Part shown: positions 1 to 9,757 of the stretch, piece by piece
Numbering within the stretch: the stretch's first letter is position 1
Layout: every line of letters begins with the position of its first letter
Source: a virus
Lineage: Duplodnaviria > Heunggongvirae > Uroviricota > Caudoviricetes
IMG/VR virus record: IMGVR_UViG_3300042549_006728
Reading direction: 5' to 3' (one strand)
DNA length: 64,000 bases
Position numbers and translations under genes: made by a program
Notes under the pieces: model-generated
The model's database searches: none
Seen by the model: the letters and a program-made list of their open reading frames with translations, nothing else
Told to the model about the DNA's origin: nothing

Positions 1-592
1 TATTGTTAATGAAGAAGAAAATATTTTAGATAGTGATACTGAAGAAATCTATGATGAGTTGGATGTTGTACCATCTAAAAAATATAGTAGAGACGATAAA
101 GAAAGAAAGTATAGGGAAGCCAAAAAAATGGCGGATAAAGATATAAGTTCACATTATTTCAGACAATCTGATCCTGTATATGATCATTTACCATCAGATG
201 AGTGGAGAAATTATAAATTACCTAATGACACTAAATTTGATTTTGATATTACAGAAAATGAAGATTCTATGAAATCATTGGTTGATGAGATAATTAGAAA
301 CAAAAAAGATACTACTAGAGATTTTGTTAAAAAAATGAAAGAGTCTGATATTATAGTAGGGATGGATAAAATAGCAGACATTAGCGAATTAAAAGATGTA
401 CATGAAAAACCAATGGTTATAAGAAAAATAAATAGTCTATTGGATTTAATACATAAAGAAAATCTAAAAGGTGATGAGTTGGGAATATTATTGAACCACT
501 TAATTGATAATTTAGATATTTATAGTATGAAAGAAGAACATAGAGAAATAATTGGTGATAAAATAAAGTATGGCGAGCAGGAAGGAAAATAA
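1..592 (+). CDS. hypothetical protein, 5'-truncated by window edge
   Basis: Frame is open from position 2 (IVNEEENILD...) into ORF 59..592; stop overlaps the next gene. Confidence 0.7.
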   Translation, partial: IVNEEENILDSDTEEIYDELDVVPSKKYSRDDKERKYREAKKMADKDISSHYFRQSDPVYDHLPSDEWRNYKLPNDTKFDFDITENEDSMKSLVDEIIRNKKDTTRDFVKKMKESDIIVGMDKIADISELKDVHEKPMVIRKINSLLDLIHKENLKGDELGILLNHLIDNLDIYSMKEEHREIIGDKIKYGEQEGK

Positions 593-1118
593 AGGTGGTA
601 ATAGTAAGTTACATGGGAAATATTATAATTGCCCAAATTATGTACTTAATGCAGTTACCAATGCCGTAAAAACTTATGAAACTTTAAAAAAGGAAGATAT
701 CAGTAATAATAAAGCTACTGAAGGATATAAAAGAGCTAAAGGTATTCTAGAAAATAAAAAAATAGAATATAAACAAATGAAAAGGATAAAAAACTGGTTC
801 GATAATTATGATGGTAAACATGAGGATATCGAATATAGACTTAATGGTGGTAAAACAATGCACAATTGGGTAGACTCAACTCTTAATAAAGAAACACAGT
901 CTATTAAAGCACCTAAAAAAATAAAAAGTGAAACAGGTTTGTCAAATCAATTTATTAAACAACACGAAAAAGATACTACTAAAGTTAATAGACAAACATT
1001 GAAGATAAAATTACCTAAACTTAGTAAAGATATAAGTGGACAATTATCGAGAGGAAAACCTGTTTATGAAGAAATTTTAAGAATACAAAAATTAATAATA
1101 TATGAATCTAAAATATAA
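570..1118 (+). CDS. hypothetical phage protein
   Basis: 182-aa ORF with GATATTTATA at 515-524; C-terminus VYEEILRIQKLI resembles the EELxRIKxL leader motif. Confidence 0.75.
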   Translation: MASRKENKGGNSKLHGKYYNCPNYVLNAVTNAVKTYETLKKEDISNNKATEGYKRAKGILENKKIEYKQMKRIKNWFDNYDGKHEDIEYRLNGGKTMHNWVDSTLNKETQSIKAPKKIKSETGLSNQFIKQHEKDTTKVNRQTLKIKLPKLSKDISGQLSRGKPVYEEILRIQKLIIYESKI

Positions 1119-1123
1119 AAACT

Positions 1124-1468
1124 ATGGCAAAGACTAAATTAATGGAATTAGGTGATCAATTTAGAGTTGATAACGTAATTAAAAACGTATACTTAGATAG
1201 TGATGGTAAAAAGTACGGACCTACTCACCCAAACGCATTATCAGATGGTGATAATAAAGGTAGAGGTACTAGTGGTAATAGTGATCAATTAAATACTATT
1301 AATGGTGGAAACGATATAGACATCAATGGTAACCCTACTTATCCAGGTAGTGGTAGAAAACAATTAATCGCTAGAAATGAATCAAAATATGGTAACCCTA
1401 CAGGACCTAATGGTTACGGTCCAAGTAAACCTTACTATCCTAACTATATATTTAATAATAATCAATAA
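1124..1468 (+). CDS. Gly/Asn/Pro-rich hypothetical protein, possibly virion-associated
   Basis: 114-aa ORF in a tightly packed operon. Confidence 0.7.
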   Translation: MAKTKLMELGDQFRVDNVIKNVYLDSDGKKYGPTHPNALSDGDNKGRGTSGNSDQLNTINGGNDIDINGNPTYPGSGRKQLIARNESKYGNPTGPNGYGPSKPYYPNYIFNNNQ

Positions 1469-1476
1469 TATATAAA

Positions 1477-1845
1477 ATGAAGCTTTACTATTTAGCCGAA
1501 GGACTTATACTTGAATTAGCAAATAAAGAAACTGTTAAAAAAATAATGGACGGAAAACGTTTAGCTTCTGTTTATTATGACGATGGTGAAGATCCAGGTG
1601 GTAAGAATAAAAGATGGATTGAAATATATTGTTATGGAATCTCAAAAAGAAATAATGATATGGTTCGAGTTTATCAGATAGGTGGAGATACTAAAACAAT
1701 CCAACCTGGATGGAAAACGTTTAGGGTTGATAGAATGGATAATTTAGAAATGTTAGGTGGTACATTTGAAGAACCTAGACCACTATTTAATCCTAGTGGA
1801 GACAAGGATATGATACAGATTTATAAAATTTTAAATTTTGATTAA
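1477..1845 (+). CDS. standalone WYL-like (SH3-fold) domain protein
   Basis: Y..R.IE.YCYG...RVYQ...GWKTFRVDRMDNLE matches the WYL signature W(R/K)xFRxDRI. Confidence 0.65.
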   Translation: MKLYYLAEGLILELANKETVKKIMDGKRLASVYYDDGEDPGGKNKRWIEIYCYGISKRNNDMVRVYQIGGDTKTIQPGWKTFRVDRMDNLEMLGGTFEEPRPLFNPSGDKDMIQIYKILNFD

Positions 1846-1847
1846 AA

Positions 1848-2426
1848 ATGAGTAATGCAGAAAGATTAAAAGAAATTTTAAGTAGATCAAAAGCGGTTAT
1901 GCAAATTACAGAGCAAAACCACGGATCAACTTCTAATGGAAGTCAAAGTAATGAATATAGTAGTGAAGAAAAAGAAATACCTAATTTAACTGAAAATTTT
2001 ATTAGGGAAAACCAAAGAACCTCTTCTTCCTCAGTAGCCCCAGTAAATGGTAAATATAGAAACATAAATAAATCTAAAATGCCTGAAGCAATTAAAAGGG
2101 CGATGATAGATAATCCAATAGATATTCCAGAATCACCATACCATACATTTGAGTTAGAAGATGTTCCTGAGTTATTGGTGAATGAACAAAGAACTAATAA
2201 CCAACCTAAAAAAACTAACAAAGTTTCTAATGTAAATGAAACTGTTAAAAGTACTATTAACGAAAGTACAATAAGAAAAATAGTTAGAGAAGAAATAGAG
2301 AGTGTAGTTAGAACAGTGGTAGAAGAATATTTTGATAAATCACTAGTTACTGAAGATATACAAATCAAAGTAGGACAAACTATATTTTCAGGTAAATTAA
2401 AACCGTTACCATCTAAAAGAAAATAA
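1848..2426 (+). CDS. hypothetical protein
   Basis: 192-aa ORF ending just before a terminator; contains INESTIRKIVREE. Confidence 0.75.
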   Translation: MSNAERLKEILSRSKAVMQITEQNHGSTSNGSQSNEYSSEEKEIPNLTENFIRENQRTSSSSVAPVNGKYRNINKSKMPEAIKRAMIDNPIDIPESPYHTFELEDVPELLVNEQRTNNQPKKTNKVSNVNETVKSTINESTIRKIVREEIESVVRTVVEEYFDKSLVTEDIQIKVGQTIFSGKLKPLPSKRK

Positions 2427-2427
2427 T

Positions 2428-2449
2428 AAAACCCTCATTAGAGGGTTTT
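2428..2449. terminator. bidirectional rho-independent terminator
   Basis: aaaaccctc-atta-gagggtttt hairpin with A/T tails between convergent genes. Confidence 0.8.
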
Positions 2450-2458
2450 ATTTTATAT

Positions 2459-3028
2459 TCACAATTGTGAAACTAATTCATTAAGTCCCTCATCAATCTG
2501 AGACTTAGGTAACCAAAAAGTTAAATCTCCGATAGAATCGATTTTTAATCTAAGCATTTTTTTAAATACCTCAACATCCTCTTGTTTTTTAACATATGGG
2601 ATATTTAATGCTTTTGAACATACTGGACCAACACCTGTCGCTTGTGATCTCCAATCAGTCAAATCTTTACCACAACATCTACAAGAAGATACATCTGAAG
2701 TATTCATTCTACCCGTAACTTGATACGCTTTAGTTGTTTCGTTAAGAACTTTAGTGATAGTAACTAAAAACGGATTAAATTCTAATTCATTGTCAACGGC
2801 AATTCTTTTGGCAATAAATTTAGTGACTTTCAGATTAACATTAACTTCTTTAAAATTTGGTTCTGTTTTAACCACTACTGTCTTAGAGAAAAATTTTGAT
2901 GCTGCGTCTAATTGTTTAGGTGTTAGTGAACCATATTTAATAAGACCACCTTTTAAAGAAAGAATAAAAACATTTGTCCCTACATATTCCTTAACATTTT
3001 TTGTAATTACTGAATTTTCCATAGTCAT
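2459..3028 (-). CDS. DUF6011-like zinc-finger protein
   Basis: CRCCGKDLTDWRSQATGVGPVC fits the CxxCGrxLTdxxSxxxGxGPxC pattern. Confidence 0.65.
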   Translation of the reverse strand: MTMENSVITKNVKEYVGTNVFILSLKGGLIKYGSLTPKQLDAASKFFSKTVVVKTEPNFKEVNVNLKVTKFIAKRIAVDNELEFNPFLVTITKVLNETTKAYQVTGRMNTSDVSSCRCCGKDLTDWRSQATGVGPVCSKALNIPYVKKQEDVEVFKKMLRLKIDSIGDLTFWLPKSQIDEGLNELVSQL

Positions 3029-3043
3029 TTAGTTTTGATATTG

Positions 3044-3074
3044 TAAAGATACAATAATTATTTTAATATACAAA
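3044..3074 (-). promoter_or_regulatory. Bacteroidota-type sigma70 promoter
   Basis: minus strand TTTG-N19-TATCTTTA upstream of ORF 2459..3028; one mismatch to TAnnTTTG. Confidence 0.55.
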
Positions 3075-3090
3075 TTTTTTATCATTTTTT

Positions 3091-3100
3091 TATATTTATA
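3091..3100 (+). promoter_or_regulatory. putative phage late promoter (ATATTTAT motif)
   Basis: TATATTTATA 16 nt before ATG 3117; the same motif precedes about 20 genes. Confidence 0.6.
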
Positions 3101-3116
3101 GGAAAACTAATTTTTT

Positions 3117-4910
3117 ATGTCAAAAACTAATTTAACTGAAGAACTAAGAAGAATGAAAAACTTAATGGTGTATAATAATGGACAATATAATAATCCATTA
3201 AGGGAGGCAGTTGATACAACTACCCTACCATCGTTTAGTGAAAAGGTGGATTTCGGAGGAGGATGGTATACATTAGATGGAGAATATAAAGGGACAACTT
3301 GGAACATTCCTGATGATTTGAAGGATGAGTTGTCGTCAGTTAAAGAATTTTTATTAAAAAATCCATCTGGGTATATTGTTGACGTAAGAATAGATTCGGG
3401 TGAATCAAAAATACCTAATGTGGATGCGACAGGTAAAAAAGGAACTTATCCTAGTAACAAAGTACCACCTAAATATCTATCTAATGAACGAATGAAAACA
3501 ATTAAAGATTATGTTACAAGCGTTTTTGATACTTGGGTTGAAGAAGGTGTTATAAAAGATAAATTAAATATTGTTACAACAGAACCAGTTATTGGGGGAA
3601 CTAAATGGGTTGGTCAGGAATTTTGTCCAGAAGATAAAAGAGCTGGTGATCCTGAGGGATATAAATGTACAACCGCATTTAATGATGGATTGGCTAAGGG
3701 TAAATATGCCGATTTTAAGAAAGCGTATATTGAGGAGCAGTATGTTGAGGTAGTAATTAAAGTTAATAAAATTGAGGGTGAAGAAGAGACGCCAAAAGAG
3801 GTAACAGGTAAAGATCCATTAGAATGTGCAACAAATTTAAAAATACGAATTTGGGTTGCGTCACACGACTGTCAAAATGCCGAATTTTTTGTTTATGCAA
3901 ATAATACCCCATTAAAAAATACAGTGGGGGGAATGACTGCAAATTTAAATAATAGTAGTGTTGATAGAGGGGTACCTAGAACAAACTCACAACCAACATT
4001 TCAGTCGGAATTCTTAAATCCAGGATATGGATATTTACCAAATGGAGATGGTACGTATGGTTATAAATACGGTTCAATAAATAAAGAAGGAAATTTAAGG
4101 GGGGGTAGATCCGATACATTTATTTTAAGCGAACAACAAGTTAAAGATATAATCAATGAAAATCAAAATAAAAATAGTAAATCAATAATCTCTTTATGGA
4201 TGATAGCCACTACAAGTAATGCACATAAGGATATCCCTCAAGTGACAATAACTTTGGGTGACGAAGTTATTTACGACAAAGCCCCTAAAATTACTAAAGG
4301 AAAACTATTATCTTTTGATGTTTGTACAAAGAAAGTAACTGAAAGTAGTGATACTCAAGAACCTGATTTAGGGGCACAAATTAATAAAATAGTTAGGGAA
4401 AAAAGAGAATTACAGGAAAAAAATATTACATCTGGTAAAGTCACAAAGAAAAAACAAATGAAATTAGATCAAAAAGGTGTAGTCTTAGAAAGATCCGAAA
4501 TTCTAGTAGATAAAATTACATCTTTATTATCTTTTCTATCTAAAAATATAACATCTACAACAGAGGTAAGTGATGACGTTAAAAAAAGACTATCAGATGA
4601 TTTTATTGAGATGCAGAAAGAATTAAAAGGAGATATAGAATCGGGAATACCATCATTAGAGGCAACTTGGGATGGTGAAAAATTAACATTTGTAGATAAA
4701 ACTATTAGAAATAGTGATTTATATGGTGATATAAGAATGGATATTACTAAATTTTATAAAGGATTTATCTTAGCGTATTATAGATTTAAAAAATTCAACC
4801 CAAAAGGGATACCGACTGAATCGGATTGGGCGGGTAATGTAGATGGTAAAAAACTTTTAGAAAGAATGAAAGTACCTAAAATATCACAAGAATTTGGATT
4901 AACGGTATAA
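3117..4910 (+). CDS. leader-bearing protein with OmpA-like domain and Cys-containing domain; paralog of 4925..6982
   Basis: N-term NLTEELRRMKNLMVYNNG; IDSGES...LSNERMKTIKDYV resembles OmpA C-domain LSxxRAxxV; HDCQNAEF/ANLNN shared with the paralog. Confidence 0.6.
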   Translation: MSKTNLTEELRRMKNLMVYNNGQYNNPLREAVDTTTLPSFSEKVDFGGGWYTLDGEYKGTTWNIPDDLKDELSSVKEFLLKNPSGYIVDVRIDSGESKIPNVDATGKKGTYPSNKVPPKYLSNERMKTIKDYVTSVFDTWVEEGVIKDKLNIVTTEPVIGGTKWVGQEFCPEDKRAGDPEGYKCTTAFNDGLAKGKYADFKKAYIEEQYVEVVIKVNKIEGEEETPKEVTGKDPLECATNLKIRIWVASHDCQNAEFFVYANNTPLKNTVGGMTANLNNSSVDRGVPRTNSQPTFQSEFLNPGYGYLPNGDGTYGYKYGSINKEGNLRGGRSDTFILSEQQVKDIINENQNKNSKSIISLWMIATTSNAHKDIPQVTITLGDEVIYDKAPKITKGKLLSFDVCTKKVTESSDTQEPDLGAQINKIVREKRELQEKNITSGKVTKKKQMKLDQKGVVLERSEILVDKITSLLSFLSKNITSTTEVSDDVKKRLSDDFIEMQKELKGDIESGIPSLEATWDGEKLTFVDKTIRNSDLYGDIRMDITKFYKGFILAYYRFKKFNPKGIPTESDWAGNVDGKKLLERMKVPKISQEFGLTV

Positions 4911-4924
4911 TAAATTAATAAATT

Positions 4925-6982
4925 ATGAAAAAAAACAATTTAACAGAAGAATTAAATAGGATAAAGAATCTAATGGTTTACAATAATGGAGACTATAGAA
5001 ATCCTATATATGAATTTGAGTTATTAAATGAAGCCCCTACTGATGAAGTAAAAGAAGTTTCTTTACAAGCCAATTTTAAATCAGGTAGATGGAAAGATAC
5101 ATCGTTACCAAAAACAGAAATTTTGGCTGAACTTAAAGAAGCAATAGATTGGCTAAAACAAAAATCTAAAGAAATAAAAGATAGTGGTGGTATAATAGGT
5201 GGACAAGCAAAAATTTTAACAGTTCAAATAGAAGCTGGAGAATCACAAGTAACCAATTACGATGCTGAAGTAGATCCTAAAGTCAAATTAGAAGAAAAAG
5301 TTTTATCTGAAAGAAGGGCTAAGACTATACAAACTTTCTTAACTAATTACTTTAAAAAATTACAAAAAGATAAGACTATTGATGCAATACCTGTATTTGA
5401 GGCACCTGTAGTTAAAATTGGTCCAACACCTTGGAATCCTAAAGGAGGTGATGAAGCGACAGATAAAAAATTTACTAAAGAACAATATATAAAAGTTAAT
5501 TTTAAATTAACTCCACCTTCAGCTTGTTTGGAGGGATTAGTTATTGAGGTTATGTATGTAAAAGAACCGAATCCTTCATTTCCATGTAGAGGAGGACACC
5601 AATGTGACGACGCATTATTTGATGTTTATTTGAATGAGACTAAATTAGATGGGGTAGCTAACTTAAATAATGCCGAAGATGGTGGAAGTAGAAGTTCTAA
5701 ATTTGTAGTTTCACCACAACAAGCGTTATCGATATTAGGTAATAAACCAGGAAACATTATGATATCTTTTGTATGTAAAAACAAAGATAAAAGATGTCAC
5801 TCAAGTACACCTGAGATTAGATTAAGTAAAGGTGGTACAGTTGTATATCACGAATGTACACCCTCAATCAGTGAAACTAATGATTATTCTAAAATAGATG
5901 TGATGGAATTAGATGCGTGTGGTAATTTAATTAAAAAGGGTCAAGAAAAGAAAACTGCACAAAAAGATGAATCTTTAATGAAACCACCTGCAGGTATCAA
6001 AAAAGGGTGGGTGGTTTACGACATTGCAACTAAATTACCTGTTTTTAAAGATACTTCGGCTTCTACAGATTTACAAGAAAATATTTACAAAAAATACTTA
6101 CCATTATACGGTTATAATTTTGGTGGTTACGAACCTGAGATTTATAAAGGTAATTGTAATGAAGCAAAAATTTACGGTGGATGGTGTTTGTGGTCAGGTA
6201 TAAAAATTAATTATGTAAATGATCAATTTTGTGGTGGAGCTGAATCGGGTTCGTCATATAAATTAGGTTCAGAAAGTACGGTTAATACTAATTTAGGTAA
6301 AAGTATAACTAATAGTATGAGGAATTATATGTTAGATAATTGTGATAGTTCTACTATGGGAGTAGAATTGGGTGACATAATAACAGTTAAAAAAGATGAT
6401 ATACCAAAACAATTTAATTTTAAAAGATTATATTCTCCATTAGGAGTTTATTCTAACCCAAAAATTGTCGGTAATGCATCTACACCATTTAAATTAGTTC
6501 CAAATGAAAAACCTAATGGTATAAATTTCACACCTAAATTATTTACAGATTTTGTTAATAATATATATGGCACAGAACAAACCACAATAAAAACTCAAAA
6601 CCTAATCAATTTAATCACAACCACTACTGTTTCTGATTTAAGTGATTCGACAAATGCAATATCATTCTTCATCACCACTACAGATGAAACTTTTGGATCT
6701 ACAACATTTCCTAATTCAACAAAAATCGATTCGTATGTTAGTAAATATAATACATTTAAAAATGAAAAATTAACGGGAAGTGTTGTAGTTGGTGGATTTA
6801 AAGAAATACAAAATACATTTCTTAGTTTAAGTGTTATCAGAAAATATGAAAAGGGTATTTTTAAAAACAATACTTTACGTGTTATGTTATATGGAAATCA
6901 ACCATATTCATCAGTTGCGCAAAAATTGATATCTTTAGGATTGATTAAAGAAAAAAGTGGTAAATTAGTTTTATCTAAATAA
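4925..6982 (+). CDS. leader-bearing protein with OmpA-like domain; paralog of 3117..4910
   Basis: N-term NLTEELNRIKNLMVYNNG; FKSG...IEAGES...LSERRAKTIQTFL; HQCDDALF/ANLNN. Confidence 0.6.
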   Translation: MKKNNLTEELNRIKNLMVYNNGDYRNPIYEFELLNEAPTDEVKEVSLQANFKSGRWKDTSLPKTEILAELKEAIDWLKQKSKEIKDSGGIIGGQAKILTVQIEAGESQVTNYDAEVDPKVKLEEKVLSERRAKTIQTFLTNYFKKLQKDKTIDAIPVFEAPVVKIGPTPWNPKGGDEATDKKFTKEQYIKVNFKLTPPSACLEGLVIEVMYVKEPNPSFPCRGGHQCDDALFDVYLNETKLDGVANLNNAEDGGSRSSKFVVSPQQALSILGNKPGNIMISFVCKNKDKRCHSSTPEIRLSKGGTVVYHECTPSISETNDYSKIDVMELDACGNLIKKGQEKKTAQKDESLMKPPAGIKKGWVVYDIATKLPVFKDTSASTDLQENIYKKYLPLYGYNFGGYEPEIYKGNCNEAKIYGGWCLWSGIKINYVNDQFCGGAESGSSYKLGSESTVNTNLGKSITNSMRNYMLDNCDSSTMGVELGDIITVKKDDIPKQFNFKRLYSPLGVYSNPKIVGNASTPFKLVPNEKPNGINFTPKLFTDFVNNIYGTEQTTIKTQNLINLITTTTVSDLSDSTNAISFFITTTDETFGSTTFPNSTKIDSYVSKYNTFKNEKLTGSVVVGGFKEIQNTFLSLSVIRKYEKGIFKNNTLRVMLYGNQPYSSVAQKLISLGLIKEKSGKLVLSK

Positions 6983-7201
6983 TTATTCAGATTCCACACT
7001 AAAACGAGTGGATTTAATAATTTTTTTATCTTCTTTAGACATTTCTCTAATAGTCTCTTTGTATGCACGTTTTAGGATTCTATCGTATTGACGTTCAGTT
7101 ATACATGTGCCATCCGTCAACTCAATCGATTTTTCAGTCGCACAAGACGTAAGTGAAAAAATACTTACAAAGAATACTGTTTTAAAAATTAAATTTTTCA
7201 T
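6983..7201 (-). CDS. small lipoprotein
   Basis: MKNLIFKTVFFVSIFSLTS-C signal with lipobox; own host-type promoter. Confidence 0.7.
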   Translation of the reverse strand: MKNLIFKTVFFVSIFSLTSCATEKSIELTDGTCITERQYDRILKRAYKETIREMSKEDKKIIKSTRFSVESE

Positions 7202-7221
7202 AGTGTTTGATTTTATATAAA

Positions 7222-7253
7222 CAAATGTATATAAAACATTTTAAACTGCCAAA
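7222..7253 (-). promoter_or_regulatory. Bacteroidota-type sigma70 promoter
   Basis: minus strand TTTG-N20-TACATTTG, a perfect consensus match. Confidence 0.7.
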
Positions 7254-7323
7254 TTTTTAATTAATTTTTTTTTAATATTTAAAAATAAAACTTTAATATC
7301 TATACTTAGATAAAAAGTTTATT

Positions 7324-8580
7324 ATGAGTAAAATTAAAGTATTAGTTGTCCCAAGTGACAGAACAGGAGTTTCGTATTATAGATCTACAATACCCCATAT
7401 TAAATTAGAAGAATATTTTCCGAATGACTTTCATGTTGATATTGATTATGAACCTGAATTATTAAATGATAATTTTTTAAAACAGTATGACTTAATACAT
7501 TATCATAGAACTTTAGGTGACTATAACGATATAAAAGGAATATTAGATAGATGTGATAGATTAGGTATCGCAACAATTATGGATATAGATGATCATTGGG
7601 CACCAGGATCAGATCACCCAGCTTGGGAAATTATTAAGTCTAATGAGTTAGATAAGAAAATCCTTAACAATATAAAGGTATCTAAAAATGTCACTACTAC
7701 AACAAAAATATTTGCTGATGAGATAAGTAAACATAATAAAAATGTATTTGTAATACCAAATGCAATCGATCCTTTAGAAAAACAATATCAAAATAACTCT
7801 GAAAAAAGTGAAAGGATAAGAATTGGATGGTTAGGTGGTTCATCTCATTTAAAGGATTTGGAAATATTAAAAGGTTTAATGACTAAATTGAGACATGATG
7901 GTTTAATCGATAAAGTACAATTTGTCTTATGTGGATTTGATTTAAGAGGTACTATGACTTTAATCGATCAAAAGACTGGACAACAAACACAAAGACCGAT
8001 AAAACCAAAAGAATCTGTTTGGTATTTATATGAAAAAATATTTACTGATGATTATAAAATTGTTAGTGAAGAGTATAGAGATTTTTTACTTTCTTTTGAA
8101 AATAAAGAATATGAAAATGTTATGAATGAGCCATATAGAAGAGTATGGACAAAACCTATTACTTCTTATGCCTCAAATTATAATCTATTTGATATATCAT
8201 TGGCACCATTAAAAGAGAGTAACTTCAATAAAGTTAAATCACAATTAAAAATAATTGAGTCTGGATTCCATAAAAAAGCGGTAATCGCACAAGATTTTGG
8301 ACCTTATCAAATAGATGTCATTGATTCATATGAAAAAGGTGGTACTATAAATCAAAACGGTAACGGGTTTTTAGTCCCTACATCAAAAAACCATAAATTA
8401 TGGTATTCGCATTTAAAAAGATTAATAGAAAATCCTGAATTAATTACTAGTATGGGTGAAAATCTATATAATACTGTTAATGGTAGATACGATATGAAAA
8501 CAGTTTGTGGACAAAGAAGTGAATTATATAAAAAATTAGTTTCAGAAAAAAAATATGTCGATGTTGATTTAGTCAATTAA
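7324..8580 (+). CDS. glycosyltransferase, GT-B fold (GT4-like)
   Basis: DIDDHW, IPNAID, RIGWLGGSSHLKDL, DISLAPL..FNKVKSQLKIIE motifs. Confidence 0.85.
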   Translation: MSKIKVLVVPSDRTGVSYYRSTIPHIKLEEYFPNDFHVDIDYEPELLNDNFLKQYDLIHYHRTLGDYNDIKGILDRCDRLGIATIMDIDDHWAPGSDHPAWEIIKSNELDKKILNNIKVSKNVTTTTKIFADEISKHNKNVFVIPNAIDPLEKQYQNNSEKSERIRIGWLGGSSHLKDLEILKGLMTKLRHDGLIDKVQFVLCGFDLRGTMTLIDQKTGQQTQRPIKPKESVWYLYEKIFTDDYKIVSEEYRDFLLSFENKEYENVMNEPYRRVWTKPITSYASNYNLFDISLAPLKESNFNKVKSQLKIIESGFHKKAVIAQDFGPYQIDVIDSYEKGGTINQNGNGFLVPTSKNHKLWYSHLKRLIENPELITSMGENLYNTVNGRYDMKTVCGQRSELYKKLVSEKKYVDVDLVN

Positions 8581-8609
8581 AATCTTTATTCTTATATAAA
8601 AATATTAAT

Positions 8610-9176
8610 ATGGAATTAAAAGAAAAAATTATTAAAAACAGAGAAAAGTTCGACAAGACTTCAAAGACTAATGATATATTTAGTGAATCTTTAGTGAATT
8701 TTTTAGGTGAAGATTTATTCACTGCACCTGCATCTAATATGGAAAGTATGTACAATGCATTTCCAGGAGGTTTAATCGATCACATTTTAAAAGTCACCAA
8801 ATATGCAGTTTATTTAAATGATAGTTTACCTGAAAATATAAGGGTAGATAAAAAATCTATCATTAAGGTATGTTTCTTACACCAGATAGGTAAGACATTT
8901 TTATATAAATTTTGTGAATCTGAATGGCATAGAAATAATTTAGGTAAAATGTATGATTTTAATGAGGATTTAATCTCTATGAAAATAGGTGAAAGATCCG
9001 CATACTACGCCTTATCTAATGGAGTTGAGTTAACAGAAGAGGAATACCAATCGATTATTAATTATGATAAATCGGAAGATGATAAACAATCTAAATGGTA
9101 TGGATCAACATTATCCACTCTACTAAGACAGGCAAATGAATTATCAATAATAGAATGTAAAAAAATAAATAAATGA
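8610..9176 (+). CDS. HD-domain (YhaM-like) protein with degenerate active site
   Basis: APAS...AFPGGLIDH...LHQIGK; canonical HD is HQ here. Confidence 0.65.
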   Translation: MELKEKIIKNREKFDKTSKTNDIFSESLVNFLGEDLFTAPASNMESMYNAFPGGLIDHILKVTKYAVYLNDSLPENIRVDKKSIIKVCFLHQIGKTFLYKFCESEWHRNNLGKMYDFNEDLISMKIGERSAYYALSNGVELTEEEYQSIINYDKSEDDKQSKWYGSTLSTLLRQANELSIIECKKINK

Positions 9177-9751
9177 TAGATAACGATGATTTTGACTCTT
9201 CTTTTGCGAAAGACCTTAGAGAGTTAGACGAATTAAATGCGTTGATGTCTCAAATAGAGACATTAGATAACAAAAATTTATTTGATCTTGATATCAATGA
9301 TTTTAAAATAAGAACAAAATTTACAAATAATTCTAATAATCCAGATCCTGAATACGCAAAGATTGGTGATAGTGGATTCGATTTAAGGGCATTTATTTCA
9401 GAACCGATTACTTTGAAACCTTTGGAAAGAAAGTTAATACCTACTGGTTTACGTTTTGAATTAACCCCAAATACTGAATTACAAGTTAGACCTAGAAGTG
9501 GTATGGCACTTAAATATGGTATTTCTGTTTTAAACACTCCTGGTACAGTGGACGAGGGTTACAGAGGTGATGTAGGTATTATCGCAGTTAACTTAAGTAA
9601 CGATGACTATACGATACAACCAGGGGAAAGAATCGCACAAGGAGTTATTGTCAATGTAATAGGGCAAGGAATTAGTGATCTTTCCAAAGTAAATAATTTA
9701 TCTGAAACTGAAAGAGGTGAAGGTGGATTTGGATCAAGTGGTAAATATTAA
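9173..9751 (+). CDS. dut: trimeric dUTPase
   Basis: SGFDL, RPRSG, NTPGTVDEGYRG, RIAQ, RGEGGFGSSG (motifs I-V). Confidence 0.97.
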   Translation: MIDNDDFDSSFAKDLRELDELNALMSQIETLDNKNLFDLDINDFKIRTKFTNNSNNPDPEYAKIGDSGFDLRAFISEPITLKPLERKLIPTGLRFELTPNTELQVRPRSGMALKYGISVLNTPGTVDEGYRGDVGIIAVNLSNDDYTIQPGERIAQGVIVNVIGQGISDLSKVNNLSETERGEGGFGSSGKY

Positions 9752-9757
9752 TGTTAT

